DNA of 64,000 bases from Callorhinchus milii (taxonomy: Eukaryota): NCBI RefSeq assembly GCF_018977255.1, contig NW_024704743.1, positions 26,290,001 through 26,354,000 of the forward strand, given 5' to 3'. Shown here piece after piece: positions 36,068-50,949 of the stretch. The position numbers and the translations under genes were made by a program. Every line of letters begins with the position of its first letter. Position 1 is the stretch's first letter. The notes below the pieces were generated by a model, which made no database searches, had not been told where the DNA came from, and saw only the letters and a list, made by a program, of their open reading frames with translations.

Positions 36068-37944
36068 TGTCATGTGTAAAAATAACGAGTGTGGCTGCAG
36101 CAGGAGGGAGGGCAGCAGGAGGGAGGGAGGGAGGGAGGGAGGCACACGTTTGAGAAATGTGACATCTCTTCCAGAGTTAAGAGCCTGGATCCCTCTTCAC
36201 TGTGCTCCGGAGTGTGTATCCAGGTCAGGCAGTCAGTCTGCACTCTGTTGACTCTCCAGCACTTTGCTGAACTGACCAGACTGGATGTTCCCGATGGATA
36301 CATAAACTGCATCTCAGTCGATCCCAACCTCTGATGTATCACCTGCAGCTCATCCCCTATCACCAAACGCGCAGCTTTAACCAGATTGCACTGTCCTGTT
36401 TTCTCGACCCTATTCCCTCCCACTCCCCTGGGGTTAAAATAACTTGCCTTTCTTTCTTTCTTTCTTTCTTTCTTTTTCTCTCTCTCTCTCTCTCTTCACG
36501 ATCCACATGACTTTTATTATGAACATCACAACTTTCCACCCACTCCCAACTTTCTGTTTCACAAAACAGTTCATTTCACGATGAACTGGATGGCTCCTGG
36601 TTAAGTGTGTTTTTTTTTTGGGGGGGGGAGTGGGGGCTGGTATTGAATTGGGAGCAATGCTTGAGAAAGGGAATGACATGACCCAGAAAATGCTTGGATT
36701 ATATTATGTCTGGCGTAATGTATTAAACCTTAAATCCTCCCCTCTTATTGGAAACGGTGAGTCCTCCTTGGGATCTGGTTCCAGAGTTGCTGCTCTGTTG
36801 CTTTGGAGTCTGTGTTTAGCTGAATTGAGTCATTCAGCTCTTGTGCCTTCAAAGCAGTTTTGAAACAGGAAAGGAAAAGCTTCTCAACTGCGTTATTTCC
36901 CCACCCTCTAGAGCATCATTTGCAATAAATAGGACAGGGCAGGGCGCACATTTCCAGCTCCCTAGCCTTTCAATTCAATTTTTTTTTTTCGGATTTTGCT
37001 CTTTTTCCTGGATGGAGGAATTTCTCTGATGCATTTCTGTGCAGATATGTGTTAAGACTCGGTGTTTCCTTCCCAACAACACTCAGAGCTTCTCGAAATT
37101 GCGAGTTGTCAGGCTTTTCTGGTGACTATTACAATTATTAATCATTGAGGGTGGGGCACTTTTTTGGAGTTGAACTACTTTGCTCAGCTTTACAACCTTC
37201 TGAAGAAAGACAAGGGGAGTTTGTCTGGTGTGGGTGGGGTTGGAGAAAGTGCACTTCTGGGTGAACATAACCCCGGTGGAGTAGAAGTCTTTCTACTATG
37301 CTATTGCCTTAAGGAAATGGACTGGTCAGGATCATAACATTTGTCGTACGCAGTGAATAAACGCTAGACGAAAATGATGAAGAAAGAACAGTGTAAACAC
37401 TACGGGTGGTTTGGAAATTTATTTATAAGACATGAGCGCAATACAATTCATGTTTATACAGCGCCTTTCACTTCGGGTGGACAATTCAAATGTATTTCTG
37501 ATGATTGTAGATTATCCACCACAAGTTTTTGGATGTCCTCCTGACATGAAAGATAAGATATAAATGGTTATTGTAGAGCTATAACCAGAATTCTGAAAGT
37601 AAGCATCAGCCAGCAATTCAACCTAATTTTAACATCTCATCTTTGGCGTCAGGGTGGAAAGCATTATATCTGGTTGTTTGTAGGAGACGAGGAACTGAGA
37701 CTTTCTCTTCCTCAACTCTAGGCCAAATTTCAATTGTTTTTATAATTCCCGGTGTTAATAGTATAGCGTTCGATTATTTTGGTGAGTTTCTATTCATTTT
37801 TGTCATAATTAACCATTTAAATATTGTTAATTAGAGCAATTGCAAGTTAATCATTACAATTAGGAAGGGAAAAGGGATTAATTTTTTTAAAAGCAAACTA
37901 AGATTAATTTGCGGTTTAACGTTATCTTAATACTTTTAATGTTT

Positions 37945-38505
37945 CTATGAACCCCTCCAATTGGGTTTTCTTGCTGCGCACAGCACAGAAACAGCGCTGG
38001 TCAAAGTCACTAGCGACATTCTGTCCATCTGTGCCCAGTGCTCTCTCTGCCTCCTTGTCCCCGTTGACCTCTCTGCTGCCTCTGACACTGTCGACCATTC
38101 TATCTTCCTCCACCACCTTCTCTCAGTTCAACCTTCATGGAACTGCCCTTACCTGGTTCAAATCCTACCTCTCCCACCATCTCCACTTTGTCGCCACTAA
38201 TGGCTGCTCCTCCAGCCCCCACACAGTCATGTGTGGCATCCCTCAGGGCTCTGCCTTGGTCCTCTCCTTTTCAACATTTACATGCTCCCTCTTGGTGACA
38301 TCATCCATGGGGTCAACTTCCACATGTATGCGGATGATACCCAACTCTACCTTTTTGACCCCACCCTCACAGACTGCCTGTCAGACATCAAATCCTGGAT
38401 GAGAGCTAACTATCTCCAGTTGAATGTCAACAAGACTGTCTACTCCCTTCACTCAGCGGGCTCCGGCTTGCTTCATATCCCCCGCCTTGCCCAACCCACC
38501 AATGG
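37945..38505 (+). mobile_element. Internally deleted L2 RT fragment
   Basis: [37 protein letters not shown]. Confidence 0.88.
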
Positions 38506-41500
38506 TGTCATGCTCTCCTGAGATGTTTAGATCTGCTGTTATAGCTTCCCAGATAATGGAAGATGGAAACCTAGAAACTGTAGGACAAACCTCTGCCTCA
38601 GCTATTTTATCCACATGAGTCTGTGGTAGAACACTATCAATTCTCTTTACAGTATATTCTGTGAAGCGCTTTGAAATGTCTTGAAGATATGATAATGTGC
38701 TATATCAAATGCAAGGATTATTATTATAATTGTATGTTGCTGTACTTTCTATGAACAGTTCTCCATTAATGATTCTGATTTAATCCTATTCGTCTTTGCA
38801 ACCAAGGTTGAAATCCAACCCATATAAATTGGGTGAATGTCTTGATTTCTATTACATTTTTTTAAAATTACGGGAACATCCATTCTCTTCTAGGGATTTT
38901 GGCTACTGCAAGAAGATGATTCTTTCAAAGTTGAGAAATATTTTCAGAGACCTAATTTTGAAGATCCTCATTAGTTAACCACACAAGGATTTTCTCCTGT
39001 CAAGGAAAGCTTCACATTGTATATTTCAGTTTCATGATGTACTGAATTTCTGCTAGTGATTCTGTAGTTAATAATGCAGCAGCGTTCTGCAGAAATAGAA
39101 TTTCAGGATATGCTATTGGGAGATGAGCGACTGTACTGTCTCCCCATATTTTGTAACCTGAAACCAATCTAATTCTTACACTGAGAATATTCTCATTTCA
39201 GAGCAGAAAGGGCAATGGAATAGGCCTGGGCTGGTAAGATAAACGCTTAGGCAATTAATCCTATATCATGGTAACTTTACTTGTAGTATCAGAAAGATTG
39301 GTATAATGAACCAATAAAGGTCACAAACCAATTTGAGAGAAAAGCGTGCAGCTCAAGTCACTTTGCTCACTACTCACTGTCACTATTTTTTTTCATTTTC
39401 TGCAGTCTGTGATTTATACTAAGTGCTCTACCAAACACTGGCATAACATTTTCAGTGTTGAGATGTTTCTTAGTTTAAAGGCCACGAATGTATTCCAATT
39501 ATCTAGTACCAGGTTTCCTTAATCCACACTTGCTCCTCCATAAACTGTAAACATTGTGTTGTTCCTGGTGACTTGATTCCCATCAGCCCACATCTTCAGT
39601 TCAGCTAGTCACTTGGTCTGTGAGGGGAACATTTACAGGAAAATTAATATATTGTTTCCTGACATAGGAAATATAAAAATGTTGTATTGGAATAATATGC
39701 AAATGTATTTGCTATTCTTTTACATTGGGAGTAAGGATACATGGTTAGAATTAAACTATTCTATTTGAGAATAGTTTGGACAAAATCCTGTCGTGTGTTC
39801 CTTGGAAAAATACTGGTACATTTTAATTGCCAAAGTGGATGTTAGATCCATGGAAGCGGACACACCAGAGTTAATTAATTACTTTCTCAACAAAGGCATG
39901 TGAACTAAGTTAATGACTTTAGCACCTAGTTGAAGGACATAAAAGACTATTGATATTATTCATGTGAACGCGCACATGAAAATCATTCTCTTACGATTAA
40001 TGATTTGCTATCATACTGAAAATGGTGAGGTTTTTCTTTTTTTTTGAAAACTGCGATGGCATTCATGACTATGGGGAGGCAGCAATAATCCAGATGACGA
40101 TTCATTAAATTCATCAACAAATGACACTTGTATAGCGCCCTTCATGTAGGAAAGACGTCTCAGGGCACTGGACAGTCAGAGTTCTTTTGGACCTGAGCTG
40201 GGAATTGGGAATCGGGAGGGTGAAGGTCAGTGGGGTTGAGAGGATGGCCGAAGATACGGTCGAAGAGGGAGATCCTTAGATGGGACGTAAAGGAGCCAAG
40301 AGAGGGGGTGAGGGGGAGGGATTGTGGGATAGAGTTCCAGAATCAAAATTTGGCAAAGCTATGTTTGAACACTCTCCTTGGACCTAGGCATCTTGTTAAC
40401 AGTAAACCCTTTGTGGGTGCTGAATTGTGTGTATACAATGTCTAGAGAACATGAACAGTTCCAATAAATGGACGTTTAATCTTTTTATTGTAACATCTTC
40501 ACAGGAGTTCCTCAGAGAAGCATGCTTGACCTCACACTCATCTACTAGACATCAGTCCATGTGGTGGCATATGACTTTCCTTTAGTGGTATTCAGATCGT
40601 CGGACAATCACAATTGCAATTATTTTTAGAGGCATCCACATGACTCCATATCCAGTTAACTTACACAACAAGAGCCTGTGGGGGAAAAATCATTCCTACC
40701 AGATAGTTTGACATATTTCTGTGAGGAGAAAATAACCGTTCAACAAGTTTCCTGTCTAATGGGAGCATTGGCTTCTTCTTTGGTGTAAACGTTAGGAGTT
40801 TGAAGTTGCAATGCCAAAGTGTGACCTACTTCACTACCGGCTGGCTGTTCCTTTAAGATTACCTCCTTCTGTATTACTTTCTCTTTTTTGGAGAAGTTTG
40901 TAAGCAAAATGTGGGAAAACTCCTTCTCCTTATTTGCAAAGCGCACATTTGAGTCTCTAATGGAATAATGCTAGTCTTGAACATCTCTAGAAAGTAGGAG
41001 TTTTTTGACAGTTTTGTTGGCTCATAACCAAATGCTGGCATCTTATCTGAAACTGGAATCACTGCTCAAAAGATACGTTTGACTGTTAGAACAGCATATG
41101 TAGCAAGGTGATCTTTTTTCCTTTGTCTCTCTCTTTATCTCTTTTACTTGGGTTAAGTTAGGTAATACGAGTGGGAGCAGTGTTGGTTTTAACTTTGATT
41201 TTACCCAGAGTCGAGGGCATTATATAAGTTATGCATGTTGTTGTTGCACTCAATTTGGCCTAAAATGTGATATGGGATTTGTATAAACTTGAGTGTATAT
41301 AAAGGACTGCAGGTAGTTTTAATTCTGTGATTCACAATCCATGAAAAGTATTATAGAATTGTCTGTAATCAATTTTGTTGGTTAATTACATACATACACC
41401 CGCGATTCCATTGCTATTGTAATGACACCAACTTCTGGTTTAACATGTGTGGTTTACATATGATGGAGCCCCGACAACGTTTAGTACGAAAAATGGGGTG

Positions 41501-42769
41501 ATTATGATGGCGCCCACTCACCTCCACTTTGTAAGATCTTTAAAGCTACAAAACTCTTCAGTGACCAATATTCAACATAATTGTTCGACAATCCTGGGGG
41601 AGAAGAGCAAAAAAAGCCATAAGAGCAGACCGTATAGATTGGTCCAAAAGGCAACTAGATAGGTCTCAGGAGAAAGATTGGATTGAGGGATCTGGGAAGA
41701 AGCCAAGTCAATGAGGTACAGAGCCTAAAAAGGCTGGGCTTGATGTAAGAAGTTGCTGGATTGTGTTTGGTCCATTCATTCAACCCAGACACCACATGTT
41801 TGTTGAATCCTTATAGGCAATTCTCTTGTTCTTATCACCACATTTGAGTAGAATTTAACAGAAATCAAATTGTAGTTAACTAACTTCATAATCAGTAGTT
41901 ACTTTTGTAAATATGTTATTTCAAGGCCCTTTATTTCCCTCCAAAGTACTTCTTATTCACGATTTGATATTTCTTCCATACAGACACACAATGGGTTAAC
42001 AACAACAGCAGGAGCAACAAGATGCATTTATGTAGTGCCCTTCACTTAGCGTAACATCTCGGAGCACTATAGTTGTACTGTAACTGATGCACCATTACTT
42101 AGGGAATGTTTTACTATAAGGGACTATTGCCTAGCAATGTTTGAAAGGCAGTCAGATAGGTATTCAACAATGCCTATCCAATTCCCAACAAATTGGGTTG
42201 TTATAGTTCCTTTGTAGGCTTACTTGTTTCATCACCCTGCAGTGAGGTATGAACTGTCACAAATCTGCTTCAATGAGTACATTTTAATAAAAGGTTAGTA
42301 AAGAAATGCATATCAAGGTAACACGTTTCATATAATCAAATGAATGTTTGCGACATGTTAGTATAATTCACTGCAATGAGTTGATCGAATCAATACAGTA
42401 GCTTTGATTGACAAATTGGCTTGTTAACTTGTTATATCGATCCATCTTGATTGTAGTATATCCATCTTTCCTTCAGAATGGTTGCGATTAGCTACACCGT
42501 TCCCAAAACTCAGTTCCGATTTAACCCAAAAATCACTTTATACCTTTTTGGTCATGTTCACCAGCCAGTCTGTTCAATGTGTTATTTGAAACACCAGCTG
42601 CAACCAAGGACAACTTTATCTTCCATGGTGAAGAAAACCTTTGTTCCCTGTTCTTACATTTGTCCTTGGCCTTCATCCACTTAGTCAGCCCTTGTGAAGT
42701 AAACAGGTCCACAAGTCTTTGCAAAAGTCTTTGGTCAAGTTAAGACAACTCAGAATTCTGGGATTGCTT

Positions 42770-43070
42770 ATACCTTTCACATCAGGAAGATGGCCGAAAG
42801 TGCTGGACAGTCAAGGGTTTGCACACGAGCTGTGGATTGGATTCAAGAGTGGTGGAAGGCAAGGGGTTGGGAAGAAGACTGAAGACATGGTCAAAGAGGA
42901 AGGTCTTGAGATTGACTTTTGGGGAGGCAAGGAAGAGGGTGAGATGAAGGAACTCTGAGATGGAGTTCCAGATAGTGGGGCAGAGAGGCTGAAGACCTGA
43001 CCGCCATTGGTGGGGGCGAATAGGGTGGGGGGTGGGAAGCAGGCCAATGCCTGCCAAGCAGAGGGTTGAT
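42770..43070 (-). mobile_element. L2 3' fragment; similar tails at about 22290-22660(+), 40115-40340(-) and 53490-53825(+)
   Basis: PTNGGQVFSLSAP.IWNS...LKTFLFD on the minus strand, plus the L2 tail. Confidence 0.75.
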
Positions 43071-45519
43071 AAGGTTTTCCAAGAGAAACCAAATAAAAAG
43101 GTAGAAGGAAGGGTAGGAAATTGGGATCAGTGCATAAAGCTCATGAGGCACCAGCATAGACTTGATGGGTCGAATGGTTTGCCTCTATGCTATAGTTTGG
43201 GTATCTTGTTTTTCCTGTATTTTTGTTGTCTAATCTTTTTTTGCATACATCTGTATGTTAGAACACGTCTATAAACAATGAAATGATACAGTACTTTGAA
43301 TAGTATGCAATACAATCTGCAAAATGTGTCACAAATGTTTCTATTCCCTTTCTTGTCTTCTGCACCACTTGCTAGCTCTCCTTATAACCTCATTTATGCT
43401 ATCGCTAAACTTTGCCTCTCATGTGAATTTAACTCTCGCTTACTCAGAATGAGTGATAAATAAGGCATGGAAGTTGGAGCAAGAAGGAACTCTCACACTC
43501 GATTAACCTCCATTTGTTGAACACATGGTCTGTCAAGTCTAACATTTTTTTTTCTTTTGTTTTGCATTAATAACATTGTCTTAACAGTTTCTAAAAAATA
43601 AACACAACTGTGCTTTCAATGTGCTTGTAATCTCNTTTTTTCACTGAATTTGCTAGGCAATAGTCTGAGTTTGCCACATGCCTTTCAGTTCTTCGGTATC
43701 TCTCAACGTGACTGATTCTATGCATTTATGAGTTCCCCTTGGTTTATGACCATTTCCTCTTCCCAGTAATTTCCTGATGCTATTTTAGGTTATTTCACCG
43801 TGAACTAGAAGGAGCATCGAAGGTATCTCCACATCAGGAAGGTCGGGTGAATTTTGAACATGCAGCTTTAGTGATGACAACATTAACTTCTATGTTGAAC
43901 TGATGCTTAGAATTTAAATATGATGAAAGTAAATTCAGTAAACTTGGGACACACCAAGAATGTGGAACAAGAGGGCACAGGTTCAGGGCTCCAAAGGCAA
44001 TTTGAGGACAAACTCGGAGGCTAATTAAGAAATGGAACAGGTTTCCAGGAAGGGTGGTTGAAGCCAGAATGCAGGACTCAGTTTTTTTTAAAATAAAAAC
44101 TTGATGTTGTAATGGGAGGATTGAAGGTAGGGTTATCTAGGAATAGGAGAGATCAAATGGACCGAATGACCTTTTTCATCTGAATCTTGTAATCTCTGAT
44201 CATTTAAGAATGATCGGGGGAAATGTATTTCTTGCCCTCCTTATACCAGATGCCCTGGATGTGGATACTGAACCTAAATTACACACCATTTTACAGATGA
44301 GTTGTAAACTTTTGAGTTGTAAGTTGAGTTGTAAACTTTTGAGTTGAGACTTTTCAAAATTTCATTCTGAAATGAAAACTGGAAACTTTTCAACCCACAT
44401 TGCAGTGATGAAAGAACAGACAATGGTGACTCACTTGCAATATTCAGTTTCCTACATCAATGTGTCTTACCTGTATTGGAGCAGTACATATGCTAAAGCT
44501 GCAAAAACAAAGTTTTTAATACTGTAAATAGTGTACTACAAGGATAATGATGTAAAGTTGTCAAATTGATGGCATCTGTTACTGTAATACAGCAGAACCA
44601 TCAAAACACTAAGACCTGTGTTCGCTGTGATGAATGGAAAGTCTTAACATGGCCTTCAGAAATTTAAATACTTCCAGGGATGACTTAAGACCTGACATGA
44701 TGTGATTAATGTTTGCTGCAGTAAAAACATTGGTGAGTCTTGGGGTATTATGTAAGATTGATGATGCTGAATTTCAAGTTAGAAAAGTTAATGCTAAGCT
44801 TTTATGCTAAAAATCAACTTTGCAGGTAATGAATTTCATCTTGGTCTTTTGCCTGAGAGTCTGTGTATTCTGAATTTAGAATGAAGAACTTCAGTGGTCA
44901 AACATCATTCAGGGAAATATGTTTAAATATTACTTGCATTTGATATAGCGCCTTTCACGTCTGGAGGACATCTCAAAGTGCTTCCCAGCATGTCTTGTAA
45001 AGTATGTGTAAAACTGTGTTTAGTTTGGCTGGATCTTACTTGGTGGAATAAACTGTTCTGTCCTCTCAGCATTTTAAACCAGACTCACAATAAAGAACAT
45101 TTTGCCACTGGACAATTAAGACATCAATTTGACAGACATCCCATTTGTATATTGCTGCAAGCTGTGTCCTTATCTTGTCCAGGGATTGCACCAGGGATTC
45201 TATTAGAAAATTGGACAGGGAATGTTTAAAACACTTTTGAACTTCACTGCAGAGGGCAACCTCAATAACCAAAAGATTAACTATTCGGGGGCCCTTATAA
45301 TGGCTGTGAAATGGCACTGCACAATTCCCAATGTAGAAGACGTGGGAAGCAACTCATTGGGAGTTTTAAACAGTCTCCGTGACTAGAGAAACTACTGAAA
45401 GAGCATGATGACCATTACAGAGAAATGATTGAATAGCCATAAATATTTTAAGTGTAGCAATTCAGGAGAGGCAATGGATTTTGAATTGAAGAATCACAGG
45501 CTGACAAAACTAAAATAAA

Positions 45520-45930
45520 TCCATACACTTGATGTAGAACCTTATCACATGGTGAGCCACTATCTCAAAGTGCTCCACAGGATTTACTGAATTGTCAGTA
45601 ACTGGATTGTGGGTGAATGTGACAGCCAGTTTGCACATAGCAATGTCCCATTAAACAGCCATGAAATGAATGGTCATTTAAAAAAAACAAAGCTGGGATA
45701 TTACCCTGTACACCCGGAGAAACTTCCTTTTCTTTTCAAATAATGCCACCTGAACTGGCAGTTGGTTTAATAACTCATCCAGAGGACAGCACCTCTGCCC
45801 ATGCAATGCTCCCAAAGCACTGGATAGGAGTGTTAGTCTAGTTTGTAAGTGCAAAACCCCTGATATGGGGCTTGGATCCACAATCGTCTGACTCTGAGGC
45901 GAGAGAGTTACCAACTGAGTCAGGCTGACA
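45520..45930 (-). mobile_element. DeuSINE-like copy, near full length
   Basis: Head CTGACTCTGAGGCGAGAGAGTTACCAACTGAGTCAGGCTGAC (reverse complement) with Deu-like core and tail. Confidence 0.72.
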
Positions 45931-48900
45931 TCCAAACAGTCCAAATTAAATAATGATTCAGGCAAAATTTTAAAAAGAAACCTTTCCTTTTTTCTTGAAA
46001 AAATACTTGTCCTTTCGAGTGAATGGTAGGATTACAAGTCAATGTAGCCAACCAATACTTTGTTTGAGTAAAATAAAGCTGACTCAAGGTTAATGTGCAC
46101 TAAATGCATTTAAAGTATAATAAACATAATGTAGATCAATGTGCAACATGATTTTAAAAAAAAACCACATGCCTATAACTGGTCTCAATTAATACCAATT
46201 TATTCAGTCATTTTTCAGCTTTCCTCATGAGACTGCTGTCCTAGTATTCATGACTGTGATACCTTCAGCACATGGGATTTCTGACGTCTGAACCTACCCA
46301 AGCATCTATCCGAGGGGAGAGATTCATATTAGTCCATCAGAGGATATAATAATAATCCTTGCATTTGGTATAACGTCTTATCATGTATTTGAGATGTCTC
46401 AAAGCACTTCACAAATATACTGTAAAGTGAATTGACCGTATATCTTTGTGGGCAAAAAGCGCCAGCCAATTACGCACATTAGTAATATTCGTAACTATAA
46501 TAATTCTTGCCTTATTCACCTCATTTGAAGCATCTTAATGTTTCCAATTTGCTCATAGGAAAGAAATGATTTTTTTTTTACTTGGAGGATTTTTCTCCAA
46601 GACACTGGGAGAAACTCTTCTCTAAGGATGTCTTTTTGGGGGGCTTTTGCACATCCTCTATACTGGTGAAATCCATTTTTTTTTTTGGTGGGGGTGGTGG
46701 GTGGGAGGTGGCAACTTTGATGCTGCCGTGTATACAGAGCTGTACTTTGTGGCCAGGGATCTTGGTGGTTTGAATCGGTCTGATTTGTTGGGTTCAGATA
46801 GGGCTCCACGCAGAGTTTAAGTTGGGCTGGCCTTCACTCGCTTAGACATACTGAAATTATTTGGGTTTTCTGATCCTGGTCCCCCTTCACCACAGTCTAC
46901 TGGTAATGTGCTTATGTGGCAGTAGGATGGGGAAAGTCAGGCTCAGTTGTAACACCCTCTACAGGCGAGTGCCTACTGACACTGGCCTCCAAGGCTCATA
47001 CGTGGTCTCTTGGCTGGTATATTGGAGGCAACCAGTGCCATTACAGCAACTCAGCAATCTGTGAGAAATGCCCTATCTGACTTTACACACACTAATTTCA
47101 GGTTTAATTTCCTCAAGTCCACTGCTTCCATTACCTTCTCCAATGAATTTTGTAATATAACAAGATTTTTCTTTTCCTACTTTATTTTGTTTCTTGCTGA
47201 ATGGATCAGCAGGTCACCTGCTTCAAGGATTCATTTCAGCAGTCTAGTTTCTCTTGGTTTTAGTTTCTTCCCTTTCCAACCTCAATGGAGCAGTACATGG
47301 ACTTCCCTCAGAGTCGCTTCCCACAATTGGTGGTGTTGTATGTTTGTATCTATGTCCTACCACATGGCAGCAGAGCTTTGATACCACAGTGTAAAGTTCT
47401 CTTTTACCACACCAAGTCAATGCTGCATGAAACATTGTACTCTGGTGTTTTAAAGAAGAGGGACTTTGAACACAGCAACACTGAATTTGGGCTAATGTTT
47501 AGTTTTTAACTCTGACCTTTTACCAAAAGAGCAAAGGAACAGGTTAGATGTTTTTTATATATACATACACACACACTATTAAGATGTGCAATGCTTGAAT
47601 GAAAATGGTAGTTGAGACAGAATCCCAACTGGCTTTTTAAGAAAAAAAATAGAGAAATATCTGAAAAGGAGAAATATTAAAAGGTATGAGGGAAAAAGTA
47701 GGAGATTGGGATGAAATGGATAGCTCTTTCAAAGAGCTAACACAAGACACAATAGGTCAAATGAACCTTTCTCTGAGCTAATGAGGAACAAGATATTTTC
47801 AGTGAAAGGACAGATTTGGGAAATTTAATTCAGAAGCTGTCTCAATTACTAGTTTGGAATTGTTAGCACCTTTGTCCTGGTGTATAATTACAAGCACATT
47901 TAATTTCTAAAAACTTGGGTTTAAGAAAAACACTTTAGACATTCTCACTGTTTCGTCTTAGCAACGTTAGATTTCTAAAGCTGGTAAAGCCTAACTTACA
48001 AACCTCTCTTAAAGGCTTAAACATCAACTCAACCTTCCGATCTCCCACTTGCTATAGATGACCAGAATTCCTGAACTGCCAGAACCCTCAGTTCAACATA
48101 CGAGTATTGTATTTCAACCAATGTGTAAACCATTTGTCTGCCTTTTGTACTGAGATTTCTTTGTGCCTCCTTTAGGGTTCTCTAAATTGCCTCTGCACAT
48201 TATGGACTATTCTGTATGTGAGATAGACAGGGGATGTTTCTAAGACCCAGGCTGTCTTATATTACAGCCTTATATTATTATATGACAGCCACGAGGTTAT
48301 GCCCTGTGTCAGTACTGTCCTATAGGCAGATACAAGATTATATCCCATGCTAGTACTATCCTGGAAGCAGACATTTGGAGGAAGTGGTCTTTGAAATCAC
48401 TCTGCTAGACTTTATTTGCATAAGGGACAGATGCACTTTAAGATTGACCACTATGGGCCTTATCTCTATACTGCAGAGTGTGTGCATATCAATAAATCAT
48501 TGATTAAGATGGAATTAAATTTTTAGCTATTTTAAGGGAGAGATTCTGTTATGTACCCTCAAGTGTACTAGGTTTATACATTGTGAATACTTGCTTTGTC
48601 ATGAGCCTTAACATCTGGCTACCCTTATGGATACCTACGTGCAATTCGCTTTTTCACTCTCAAAGTTGTGGGTGTGTATATTTGAGGAGAGATTAGAAAA
48701 ATGTTTTAGACAGACAGTCACTACAATATAGAATGAAAACTGAAGCTGAGTTCATTAAAACCATTTAAAATGATTAACTTTTTAACTTGAGGGTAATATG
48801 AATTATACCAGATTATTTCAGTAAGGAGTTAGCACTCGCATAGATGTGATGGCTGAATAGCCTCCTATGCTATGGTCTACTGTCTATGGTTCTAGTCAAT

Positions 48901-49834
48901 TTTGGTAGAACAAAAGGTTACCTTGTCCTTCTTCATGGTTTACTAACCGCAAAGTTCTTAAAATTGGGGGCCATGTCAGGTACGTGACATTTACAAATAA
49001 ACCAAAGTGGTCAAATTAGCAAAGTTGGAGGCTTTCTGCTTTGATAACCGCCAGTTGCTGAAATAGGCCATACGCACCTTCAAACTTGTTTTCTTGATTT
49101 TGTAATCCACTGAGAACAAAAACTTCTTCCTGATCTTTCTAATTGCTATTGGAATACTTGGCAAATGAAACCCTGTAAAGGTGCGTATGGGAGATTAAAG
49201 CGGGAGATATAATTTGAAAAGCATTCCTTTTATGATATTTTAATAGGCAATTTTACTTTGTGACTGTCATATATAAATGCAGTGCGCAGCTCATTCATAC
49301 ATGTAAAGTCATAATTAACCTTAAAACCTCAGACGGTCCAATAGCACTAATTGCCTCAGGCAGCTCTTAAACCTCCGACTGTTTGCTCCAATAATGTACC
49401 TCCAAATGGAAATGCAATCTGTTACTGACCTAACTGTATCATGTTGAATGAATCTTAAGCATTATGCCTGAGGGATAATTCCTTTCAAGAATAAACACTT
49501 TATTAGTGTTGAGTTCTGAAAGGTAAATGGATCCTTTTGTAGAATGAAAGAATCTGGCAGTGGGAATATCTTTCACTTGGCTATAGATTTACTTTGTTTA
49601 AGTAGCATTTCAGGGTGTCCAGAATTTGTTATGTGCTTTTGAAAGTGACAGAAGACGGGCTTTAAAGTTGAGACTGAATTCAACAATTTGCCAAATTCTG
49701 AATGTTGTAAACTGGGGTTTAATAAAGTAATTGTAGAGTCAGGTGGAATTTCTCCCCTTTGTGTATTAGAAGGAGAATGGATGTGTATTACATGTGGCAT
49801 AACTGTAGATTTCTCATCAGGTCAAATAACTAAT

Positions 49835-50320
49835 ACTTTTCTACATTGAATTGCATTTGCCATTTAAATGCTCATTCAGCAAGTTTATCAATGTCTTGCT
49901 GTAATTTGTTGCAGTCCTCCTCTGTATTAATTACTTTCCCCAATTTGGTGTCATCTGCAAATTTTGAAATTGTATTGCTGATTCCCGAGTCCAAATCATT
50001 AACGTATACTGTGAACAACAGTGATCCCAATGCCGATCCTTGTAGAACTCCACTGCCCACCCCCTGCCAGTCTGAGTAGCTACCCTTTACCCCAACTCTC
50101 TGTTTTGTAGGCCAGCTTGCTATCCATTCTGCTACATTTCCCCTGACTCCACATGCTCTGACCTTATTCATTAGTCTATTATGTGGTACTTTATCGAACA
50201 CCTTTTGGAAATCTAAATATAACTAAATATATTACATCTACTGCATTACCCTTGTCTACGCTTTCTGTTACCCCTTCAAAGAATTCAATGAGGTTGGTCA
50301 AGCATGACCTTCTTTTTGAA
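49835..50320 (-). mobile_element. CR1 reverse-transcriptase core fragment
   Basis: DFQKVFDKVPHNRL...GVLQGSALGSLLFTVYVNDL...SKFADDTKLG. Confidence 0.92.
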
Positions 50321-50949
50321 TAATCTCTCTCTTCAGAATCTTAAAAAATGCTATTATATTGGCCTTCAACCTTCTCTTCTCCAGCGTGAACATGCCCAAG
50401 CTCTTAGCATTTGATTAACTTCTGCTTCTGACTACTTATAATTGGAGTTGAGCTACCGACCAGCCATAACCATTCCTATAGAACCTTTCTTTACCTATTC
50501 CTATAAGACCTTCAAGTATTGAGTATGTCTGGTGATCTGAAATCTTGTGTATAGCATGCTAAATCAAGGCTGAGGTGGATAGTTATTTGTTAGGTCAGGG
50601 TATTAAGTGATAAGGGGCAAGGGCGGGTAATTGGAGTTGAAGTACAGATCAGCCATGATTTTATAGAATGATGGAACAGGCCTGAGAGGCTGAATGGCCT
50701 GCTCCTGTTGGTCTTCACCTTGAAATCCCTCCATGAGTTTGCGTTCATCTCGTATGCCTAGCGACATTTCTGCAGTGGCAGCATTTGGCACAAAGTGCTT
50801 TTCCTCCTGATACTTGGATTTAACATCCAAATTCAAGGCATGGAAATCTGTGTGATATTGTGTTTTCAATATCTTTGTGGTTTTGAGACACTGGTTCTTG
50901 GAATATGCTTTTTCAAAGTTCCATGTATACTTGTATTCGGGGGAAAATA

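Noticed and set aside
40740..41062. Two overlapping protein-like minus-strand ORFs
   Set aside because: No recognisable motif or splice structure; would need BLASTx support.
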